From assembly GCA_000004695.1 (NCBI GenBank), contig CM000152.2, positions 5,632,001-5,696,000 of the forward strand: a DNA stretch of 64,000 nucleotides, in the 5' to 3' direction. This document shows positions 52,003-64,000 of this stretch, piece by piece. The position numbers were made by a program, and so were the translations under genes. The notes under the pieces were generated by a model that saw only the letters and a list, made by a program, of their open reading frames with translations, had not been told where the DNA came from and searched no databases. The stretch comes from Dictyostelium discoideum. Its lineage: Eukaryota. The first letter of the stretch is position 1. Each line of letters starts with the position of its first letter.

Positions 52003-52659
52003 GCAATCTTTTTTTAAATTAAATCCATTGGATATCACAATATATTTTTTTTTTAAAATTTAATGATTATTTTTTTTTAAAAAAACAATTATGATCATTC
52101 TACTTTTATTGAACAAATCCATTTCTATCTTGGGTTTAATGCTTTTACTAAATAATTATTATAAAAATATAAAAAAAAACACAATAAAAAAAATTATATA
52201 AAATAAAAAATAAAATAATAAAATAATAATAAAAATATCTTTATAAAGAACAATTGCTCCACAAAAATAAAAAACAATAATAAAAAAATCTTAATATTAA
52301 AATAAAATATCTTTATAATAATTTCACAATATAAAAAAAATAAAAAATAAAAAAAAATAAAAAATAAAAATAAGTAAAAAGGCAAAAATAATTGTAGTTC
52401 ACCCCCCAATTAAATTTCAATTTTTTCAATTTTTTTTTTAATTTTTTTTAATTTTTTTTTTTTTTCAAATTTTTTTTTTTTTTTTTTTGCTATCCCATTT
52501 TTTTTTTCATAAAATTTTATTTCAATTTCAAACCAAAACATAAAATGTAAGTTTTTTTTTTGTATAGAGATATTAAATTTTTTTTTGAATCTGATTATTA
52601 ACCTACTTATTATTACTATTATTATTACTATTATTTTAAAACCACCAATAGAATTAAAA

Positions 52660-53426
52660 ATGACAACTGTTAAACCAACCTCCCCAGAAAACCCACGTGT
52701 CTTCTTTGATATCACCATCGGTGGTGTTGAAGCCGGTAAAGTAGTTATGGAATTATATGCCAACACTGTCCCAAAGACTGCTGAAAACTTCAGAGTAAGT
52801 ATATTTATATTTTTTATAATTAAAGTGTAAAGATTACAAAACTTTAAAAAACTAACCTTTATTTATTATTTTTATTTATTTATTTATTCATTTTTTCAAT
52901 TATTAATAATAGGCTTTATGTACTGGTGAAAAAGGTATCGGTAAATCAGGCAAACCATTATCATACAAAGGATCATCTTTCCATCGTGTTATCACCAACT
53001 TTATGTGTCAAGGTGGTGACTTTACCATGGGTAATGGTACTGGTGGTGAATCAATCTACGGTAACAAATTTGCTGATGAAAACTTCAAATTAAAACATTT
53101 CGGTCAAGGTACACTCTCAATGGCCAACGCTGGTGCCAACACCAATGGTTCACAATTCTTTATCTGTGTTGCTCGTATGTATATTAAGATCAACACCTCC
53201 CTCTTTTATAAATTTTTATTAAAAAAAAAAAAACATTTTATTAATTTTTTTTTTTTTTTTCTTCTCTCTCTTTCAAAAAACAGCAACTGATTGGTTAGAC
53301 GGTAAACACGTTGTATTCGGTTTTGTCACTGAAGGTATGGATGTCGTTAAAAAGATGGAAGCTGCTGGTTCACAATCAGGTAAAACTACCAAACCAGTCG
53401 TCATTGCCAACTGTGGTCAACTTTAA
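52660..53426 (+). CDS. Cyclophilin-type peptidyl-prolyl cis-trans isomerase. Exons 52660..52794, 52913..53175, 53283..53426.
   Basis: ...[35 protein letters not shown] | [38 protein letters not shown]...GSQFFICVA | [47 protein letters not shown]. Donors are GTAAGT and GTATGT; acceptors are AATAG and AACAG. Phases are 0 and 1. Confidence 0.9.
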
Positions 53427-53684
53427 ATTATCAACATATAGCTTTTTTATAATAATTAATAATAATAAAAAGAATTGATTCAATTTTTTTTTGTACCTTT
53501 GTAATTTTTCAAATTAATTTAATTATTTTTATTTAATTATTTAATTTTTTTTTTTTAAGTTTTTTTTTTTTTTTTTTTTTTTTATAATAAAAAAATTTTA
53601 ATTGTATATTTATTTACTTATTTATTTTTTATATATATTATCAATATCAAAATGTTAAAATATTTTAAAACATTTTACAATCAA

Positions 53685-53718
<34 letters not shown>

Positions 53719-53993
53719 TTTTTAAGAATCATCTAAGTTTGCGCACTTTTTTTGTAATGTATATAATATTTTTAAAATATAAATAAATGGTTTTTTTTTA
53801 TTGATTGTAAAATTTTAATCAAATGTTATTTTTTTTTTAATAATTAACAAAATTTGGTCTTGTAAAGAAAATATTTGAACTTTTGGTTGTGATTTGATTT
53901 TTGAATTCATTTTGATCATTGTTTGATTTATTTTGAAATAAAGATGATTTAAAGATATTGATTTTATTATTTGATATTGAAATTAATGATTCT

Positions 53994-54027
<34 letters not shown>

Positions 54028-54593
54028 TTAGAATTTACTTTTTTTTTTTTTTTTTATGGTTATTTTAAATAAAAAACTTAATAACATTTTTTTTTTTTTT
54101 TTTTTTTTTATAGTATTTATTTGATTTTTTTATAGTTATTTTTTATTTTATAGTATTTATTTGATTTTTTTTTAAAAAAAAAAAAAAATTATTAATATTG
54201 TTTTATTTTATTTTTATTTTTTAAAATCACTAACCGTAACAATTATTTGTAAAAATGTTATGTTGACATAAAAATTTAAATATTTTTAAACAAAATAAAA
54301 AAATAAAAAGAAATAAACAAAATTAAAAAACAAGGAAAATTATGATGACGATGATGATAATGATGATCTCCAAATAAAATAATAAATATAATATGAATAT
54401 AATATAATTAATTCTACACAATTATAAATAAAAAGGAAAAAAAGAATTTGTAGTTTTTTTTTTTATTTTTTATTATTTTATTTTATTTTTTTTTTAATTT
54501 ATTTAAATAAATATTAAATTTATCAAAATGAATTTTTAAAAAAGGATTAAAAGTTTTAGTTGTATTTAAATAATTTAAATTATATTGAAATTT

Positions 54594-56292
54594 TTACTTG
54601 GAATCATCTTTAACCAATTCATATTCATCCAAGAATGAATAAATAAAATTCCAATTACAAAAAGTGAAAATATAATTAATATCATAAAGTTTTGAAAATG
54701 ATGATTCTGAAATTGAAATTCTTGAAATATCTAAAGAACCATCATTAATTTTAGATTGAATTAATTTAATTTGATAATAATTTAATATTGTAACATCTAA
54801 AAATTTAATAATTAAAAATTTATTATTATTATCATAATCATTAATAATTTTATTTAATGACCAATTAAATAAACAATTTGATTGATCATCATTATTATTA
54901 TTATTATTATTATTTTTTAATTTTGAAATTATTTGTTGTAAACAATAGGGTGAATTAAATTTATAACCTAATTGATCATACATAAACTTTGAAACTATTA
55001 AATTTTTTGAATCTGTAATTGAAAAATCTAAATCCATTGAACCAATTTTATTATCATGAATAAATTGAATTAAATTTAAATTACCATTTGAAATTATATT
55101 TGTTGAAATTAATCTATTACTCCAATTAAATAATTGATTAAATTTTAATGAATTAAAATAATAATAAATTATAAATTCATTTTCAATCTGATCATCAGCA
55201 AATAATAATAATGAATCAATTTTAATACCAAGTTTTTTAAACCAATAAATATAAATTAAATTACCAATTTCTAATAAATAATTTTCTTGATTTTTAATTG
55301 AAAAAAGAATTGATTTTAAAAATTTTTCAATCAATTCTTTACTTTTTTCTTTTAAAAATAAAAGATTTAAAAATTTAATTTGATTTTCAATCGTTATATT
55401 ACAATTTTCATTGAGATTTAATAATTCTAAATTATTATTATTAATTGAATTTTCATTTTTAAAATTATTTGAAAATTGAAAATTAAAAGTATTTTCAAAT
55501 TTTGATAAGGTTTCAATTAAATTTAAATCACAAAATTTCATTGCAATTGATAAAATATCATCAGATTTTAATAAACAATTTTGTTGAATTTCATCATCAT
55601 CATCATCATCATCATCATCTTTACAAGTTTCATTTATAATGGTTCTATAAATTAATTCTTCCTCTTTATATTGACATGAAAATAATAATACTAAATTTGC
55701 CCAATCATAATCACTAAAAATTTGATAAAAATTTGAAATATTATAATCAATTTTTAAATAATCAAAAATTAATAATCTCTTTATTTCTCTTTTTAAATTA
55801 AAATTTTCAAATTTAATTAATTCTAAATCTTCAAATTTTCCTTTTAAATTTAAAATTATATTTTTTTTTTCTCCTTCTTCTTCTTCTTCTTCTTTATTTT
55901 CAATTGAATCTAACCAATTATTTTTAATTTCATCATCACTATTATTATTATTTTTATTTTTATTTTTATAATTATTATAATTATTATTTAAATTTAATAC
56001 ACCAAATAGAACTATTTTAGATAAAAATTTATTATTTTGTTGTTTATTACATTTATTATTTATAAATTGTTCATCTTTATTTATAAAAATTAAATCTTGT
56101 TTTTCTAATAAATAAAAATCATTATTTAATAATAATTCTTTATTATTATTAAAATTTAATAAATAATTAAACTTTTTTAAAATTGCAAGATATTTTTGAT
56201 TTCTAAAAACTATTGAACTTAAAAATAATGAAGATTTTATAAAATTTATAAACTTTTCATTAATTTCAAATTCTTTATTATTATTTTTATTA

Positions 56293-56380
<88 letters not shown>

Positions 56381-57568
56381 TACTATTACTATTACTATTA
56401 CTATTACTATTACTATTACTATTACTATTACTATTACTATTACTATTACTATTACTATTACTATTATTATTACTATTATTATTACTATTACTACAATGAA
56501 ATATTTTTTTATATTTTAAAAATTCTTTTCTAAGAATGAAAAAATTGAAATTTAATTTTATACCGAATTCATGATAAAGTTTTTTTAATAATTTAAAATC
56601 TAATTTTAATAATTTTTTAAAATAAATATCATTTCTACTTGGTTCGAACCATATACCATTTGATATTTTGATAGTTGTTGTTTTTATTGGTGTTGTTGTT
56701 GGTGGTACAATTGGTAAATTATTTAATAAAAAAAAGTTTTCAATAATTAAATTTCTATTTTTAGATTGTAAAGAATAATAAAAAATTCATCTATATTATA
56801 ATCTTTAATACCAATTTTATTATAAATAAAATTTATAATTTTAAAATTACCAAAATAAATTGCGACATCTAATAATGTAATTTCTTTATTATTATTATTA
56901 TTATCATCATCATCTTTACTACTAATATTACTAATACTACTATTATTTTTTTGTTGTTTTTTATTATTATTATTTAAATATTGGAAAATAGTATTTGAAA
57001 TTTTAAAATGATTTTTTAATTCTTCATTTGTTAAATTATTTTTTAAATTTTTATAAACAATTTTAAAAAATTGATAATTTTTTGAAAAAATTGAAAAAAC
57101 CAATAAATTATTATTTCTATCATTTGAGCTATTATTATTATTAAAATTATTATTTCCAAATGAATAAATTAATTTTTTATAATTTATTTTATAAAATTTA
57201 TTAAAAATTTCTTTTTCTTTATTTTTTAAATAAAGAGATTGTTGTTGCTCTTGTTCTTGTTGTTGTTTTTGTTCTTGAAATTCTTTTAATTTTAAAGGTA
57301 CAATTTCAACAAATGATGATAATGTTTTTATATCAAATATTTCATCAATAAATTCTTCATCATTATTAATTTTATAAAACATTAATTGATAATGTTTATT
57401 TGAAATTACCCATTTCAATGTTATTTCATCATATTTACAAATTTGTGTAAATGATTTACTATTATTTGTTATTTGTCTATTATAATATCTGATGTAATCA
57501 TATATTTTATTAATTAAAAATAAATTATTAAATATTAATTTATATAATTCATAATTTTTATCTTTCAT
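54594..57568 (-). CDS. Large low-complexity (Asn/Ile/Lys-rich) hypothetical protein. At least three open segments lie on one strand, with a frame change near 56745 and another within 55540..55620.
   Basis: ORFs 56747..57568 and 54594..55541 and the open frame in between (...LPIVPPTTTPIKTTTIKISNGIWFEPSRNDIYFKKLL...) are all on the minus strand, with (ATT/ACT)n-encoded Asn/Ser tracts. I saw no GT...AG intron at the frame changes. These could be real indels in homopolymers or unannotated short introns. No domain is recognised. Confidence 0.4.
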
Positions 57569-57921
57569 TTAATTATTTATTTAATATTTGTTGCATGTAT
57601 GTGATTTTAAAAAAAAAAAAAAAAAAATAAAAAAAAAAAAATTAAAAAAAAATAAAAAATAAAAAAAAAAAAAGATTAAAAATCTTTTTTGATTATAAAA
57701 AAAAAAAAAAATTAAAAAAAAAATTAAATTAAAATGCCATGCAAAACAAATTCAAAATGTGGGATTTTATTAAACAATTGAGAATTTTTATATGGCAAAA
57801 AAAAAAAAAAAAAGAATTTGCTTTTATGCCTATATTTTAAACAATTAAAACAAGTTTCTACCAAAATAAAATTAAAAATAAATATTTAAAATAAAATAAA
57901 AAAAATTAATCCAAACCGGCA

Positions 57922-57987
<66 letters not shown>

Positions 57988-58010
57988 ATGCGACAATTTG
58001 ACAGATTTCG

Positions 58011-58041
<31 letters not shown>

Positions 58042-58072
58042 ATATTTTTTTTTTTTAATTTAATTTCCAAAA

Positions 58073-58333
58073 ATGATTAAAAATTGTATAAATAAACAAA
58101 CTACAAAAAATTATTTTAATATTTTAATATCAGAATTAAATAATAACTATAAAAATGTTCAACTTTTAACATTTTCAAATCTTTTTATAAATAATAATAA
58201 TAATAAATATCAATATAATAATTATTCAAGAAAACCACCAAAATTTGATCAAGAAGAAGAAGAAGAAAAAAGTAATAGATCAATTAAAAGAGATAGACAA
58301 TATAATAAATTATTAACATTACCTGGTAGAGTA

Positions 58334-58377
<44 letters not shown>

Positions 58378-59388
58378 TAACAATTTATTAATTATTATTT
58401 TAATTTATTTTTTTTTTTTTTTTTTTATTTTTTTTATTTATTTTTTAATAAATATATAATAAAAAAAAAAAAGAATTTAAAACAACAATTAAAAATTTTA
58501 AAAGATAATCCAATTGAAGTTTTAAAAAAAGTTAAAGAAGTACCAATGTCAGAATTTTTAGAAGTTAAAGCATTTGATATTAAAGAAAAAATTGAAAATA
58601 TTGAAAATTTAAATGAAAAAGAGATTAAACAAAAAGAAAGAGAAATTAAAAAGATAAAGAATCAAATAGTTTTTGAAATGTCAAGAGAGGAAACATCATT
58701 TGATAATATTTATATGGTTGATTGTTTATCGAAAATGAATTATGCAATTCATGAAATTAAAAAAGAGAAATTGATTGGATTAGATATTGAAGCCATTGAA
58801 ATGGGTAAAAAAGGTGATATTTCATTGGTTCAAATTTCAACACCCAATGGTAGAATCTATCTTTTTGATATTATTAAAATGGGTGCTAATGTAACACCAT
58901 TCAAGTATGGTTTAAAAGAGGTTTTAGAATCTGTTAAAATTTTAAAGGTTGTACATGATTGTAGACGTGATAGTGAAATTCTATTCCATCGTTATCAAGT
59001 TGCATTGGCTCACGTTTATGATGTTCAAATCGCTCATGCTTTGGTTCAAAAAAAGATTCAAGGTAATATTCCAATTCGTCGTTATGGTTTCAATGAATTG
59101 ATTGATCTATATACCTCTAGAAAATATTCAGAAATTTGTATTGATATTAAATTTAAAGTGAAACAACAATTTGAAAATCAACCTGAAGTTTGGGCAAAAA
59201 GACCTTTACCAAAAGATTTCATTGATTATGCAAGTTTAGATGCCGCTTGTTTATTACCAATTTATTATCATATTAAACCAAAATTACAATCAAATTTTGA
59301 TCGTAGATTTTTAAAAACTCATTTTAATGAACAATTAACTTATTTTAAAGATTCAATTAGACAATTATATCCAAGAAATTTAATTTAA
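58073..59388 (+). CDS. 3'-5' exonuclease (DEDDy, RNase D/WRN-exo/Mut-7-like) domain protein. Exons 58073..58331 and 58464..59388.
   Basis: A GTAAGT donor after ...LTLPGR joins an AAAAG acceptor into NLKQQLKILKD...MSEFLEV. Exo motif I is LIGLDIEAIEM, motif II is KVVHDCRRDSEILF and motif III is YASLDAACLLPIYY. Confidence 0.75.
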
Positions 59389-59442
59389 AAAAATAAATAA
59401 ATAAAATGAATAATAATATTTTTTATAAAATGTAATTTTTTG

Positions 59443-59481
<39 letters not shown>

Positions 59482-59747
59482 TTTTTTTTCACTTTTTTTC
59501 TTTTCGCTTTTTTTTTTTTTCACATTTTTATTTTTCACATTTTTTTGTCAACAAAATTTTCACATTTTTTATAGTTTTTTAGAAAATATCACATATATGA
59601 AAACAATAAAAAAAAAATAAAAATAAAATAAAATAAAAGAATATTAATTAATTAATTATAAGAAAGAAAGAATAAATAAACAAACCAAATAAATAAATAA
59701 ATAAATAAACGAATAATATACAAATACTACATTTTATAAATCAAACT

Positions 59748-60035
59748 ATGAATAAGAGTGTGTCCATTAATAGTGAACATAAAAAAAAGATTTTAAAATT
59801 ATTTAGAAATATATTAAGAGTATATATAGTTTTTTTTTTTTTTTTATATATTTATAAAGATGATTATAATATATTAACACTAATTTATTTTTTAAAATAC
59901 TATTAGGAAAGACTGGGATTTCCAACTGAAAATAGGAGAGAATATATATTAATTAAAACAAGACAAGAATTTAGAAAAGCGAAAAATGAAACTGATCCAA
60001 AGAAATTAAGAGGTTTAACAATGTAATTTATCTTT

Positions 60036-60098
<63 letters not shown>

Positions 60099-60463
60099 GA
60101 TTGGAATAGGGTTGTTGTGACAAGATTAAAAAAAAAGAATCAGATGTTCTTTTAATATTTTCATAAAAACATATCATGTTCTTTTTTTAAGGGAATTAAT
60201 CATTTAATGTTTTAATTATTAACTTTATTATTTATTTTAGTATTGGAAATACACAATTAGATACAGTTATAGTTCAAGCGAAACATCTTAGTTCAATTTT
60301 AGATAGAGAACCAACACAATATGAACAAAGAAATAATTTATCATATGAAGAATATAAAAAAGATAAAAGTACTGAAAATGATAAAACCTTAAAAATATTT
60401 CCAGAATTTTTAAATAAAAAGAAAATAAAGAAAAAGAAAAACCCAGAAGACGATATAAATTAA
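59748..60463 (+). CDS. LYR-motif (Complex1_LYR family) small protein. Probable exons 59748..59819, 59904..60021, 60240..60463.
   Basis: MNKSVSINSEHKKKILKLFRNILR | ERLGFPTENRREYILIKTRQEFRKAKNETDPKKLRGLT... shows the L-x-x-LYR-like N-terminal helix and the F..R downstream motif of LYRM proteins. Donors are GTATAT and GTAATT. The third exon assignment is tentative. Confidence 0.5.
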
Positions 60464-60624
60464 TAAATAATAAATAATAAAATATAATGGATTAAAAAAA
60501 AATAAAAAAAAAAAAGTAAAAAAAAAAAAAAGAAATATAAAAAATAACACATATAACAATTGTAAAAAAAAAAGAAAAAAAAAAAAGAAATAAAGAAATA
60601 AAAAAATCATTTAAATTATTATAC

Positions 60625-60659
<35 letters not shown>

Positions 60660-60687
60660 TTTTAAAAAATTTCAAATTTATTTGTAA

Positions 60688-62949
<2,262 letters not shown>

Positions 62950-63518
62950 TTAAATTTTTTTTTTTTTTTATTTATTAATCTTTCATTAATTAAAAGATTA
63001 ATGATGAAAATTTAAGATTATTTTGGTATAAATTAAAATATCCTTATTATATTTAAATATCTTTTATCTTTATAAAAATAATTCATTCGCCAAAAAAAAA
63101 AAAAACAATAACCATGTAAATAAACTCGTATCGTTTTTTCAAAATTCAATTTTCATTTTTATTTTTTTTTTATTTTTTTTTTTTTAAAAAAAATAACGTT
63201 CAAAATCGATATTTAATAATATTTTAATTATTTAAAAATATAAAATAATAATAAAATAATTAAATAATATAATTGTTATTATAATTTTAAAAATAAACGA
63301 TAATTTTTAAAAAATGAAATAAATTATTTTTTAAAAAAAATAATATAATTAAAAAATAAAATTAAAAATTAAAAATTAAAAAATGAAAAAAAAAAAAAAC
63401 GAAAAAAAAAAAAAACAAAACAAAAAAAAAAAACAAATCGAAAAGATTAATTTTTTTTTTTCTTTTATTTTTAAAACCTTATTGTTTAATTACAGTTGTA
63501 TTAATATAAAAATTTAAA

Positions 63519-64000
63519 ATGCCAGGTAATAATTTTATATATTAATGTTTTTTTTTTTTTTTTTTTTCTAAACAATTTTTCCTATTCATTTTTTAAATAA
63601 TTTTTATTAATTATATAATTTTTTTCATTTTTTTATTTTTATTTTTTTTTTTAAAATTTAAATCTAAATTTAGAATATGGATCATTAGAATATTGGGATG
63701 ATAGATATACAAATTTAACAATTAAAAAAGATTTTGATTGGTATCATGGTTATCCAACATTAAAAGTATTTTTAAATAAATTTTTCAAAAAAAAGGATAA
63801 AATTTTAATGATAGGTTGTGGTAATAGTAAATTAGGAGAAGATATGAACGATGATGAATTTGTTGACATTATCAATATGGACTATTCAGAGCCATTGATT
63901 GAATATATGAAAGAAAGAACTAAAGGAAGAATTGGATTAGAATATTTAACAATGGATGGCAGAGATATGAAACCATTCTTCAAAGATAATCACTTTGACC
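63519..64000 (+). CDS. Class I SAM-dependent methyltransferase (EFM4/EEF1AKMT4/METTL-like), 5' part; it runs off the window. Exon 1 is 63519..63525; exon 2 starts at 63674.
   Basis: ATGCCAG is followed by a GTAATA donor and a TTTAG acceptor. It translates to MPEYGSLEYWDDRYTNLTIKKDFDWYHGYPTLKVFLNKFFKKKDKILMIGCGNSKLGEDMNDDEFVDIINMDYSEPLIEYMKERTKG. The Y-W-D-x-R-Y and DWY motifs, and motif I (ILMIGCGNS), are present. Confidence 0.7.

Overview
The window is nuclear genomic DNA with the hallmarks of Dictyostelium discoideum. It is extremely AT-rich, with long A/T homopolymers and (AAT)/(TTA)n microsatellites that encode poly-Asn, poly-Gln or poly-Leu inside ORFs. Introns are short and AT-rich, of the GTAAGT...AG type. 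The features are read directly from the translations and from splice and RNA motifs, with no database search.

The left half carries housekeeping and signalling genes. A double hybrid histidine kinase sits on the minus strand; its predicted length of 1546 aa matches my recollection of DhkD. It shares a roughly 2.7 kb divergent AT-rich intergenic region with a 5-repeat polyubiquitin gene. A Diaphanous-type formin follows. Further on lie a C2/EF-hand phosphatidylserine decarboxylase, the RNA polymerase I/III subunit AC40, a peroxisomal (SKL) enoyl-CoA isomerase and a BK/Slo-like K+ channel. A tandem array of three cytochrome P450 genes (CYP) follows, the third a pseudogene.

The right half holds a cyclophilin, a 3'-5' exonuclease-domain gene, an LYR-motif protein, a RING/UBZ/AT-hook E3 ligase and a partial methyltransferase.

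The accessory content is more notable. Two small paralogous genes of about 58-60 aa share a phase-1 intron after codon 4. A decaying tandem triplication encodes stand-alone L1/APE-type endonuclease-domain ORFs with no reverse transcriptase (RT). Convergent tRNA-Lys(CUU) and tRNA-Arg(UCU) genes are flanked by retroelement debris. A pogo/Tigger-like transposase remnant is split onto opposite strands. A TIR-bounded DNA transposon of about 5.1 kb (Tdd-4/DDT-like) carries an intron-containing retroviral-type DDE integrase and a 1.2 kb internal perfect palindrome studded with tRNA-like A/B-box motifs. A 5'-truncated non-LTR RT element abuts an intron-containing tRNA-Ser(CGA). That tRNA-Ser is inversely duplicated: the second copy is 3'-truncated and has a 153-bp insertion with a 16-bp target-site duplication ending exactly 48 bp upstream, alongside the preserved empty site. 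Between the two copies lies a fragmented Cys-rich plus HNH-endonuclease-like gene. No rRNA or CRISPR array was found.
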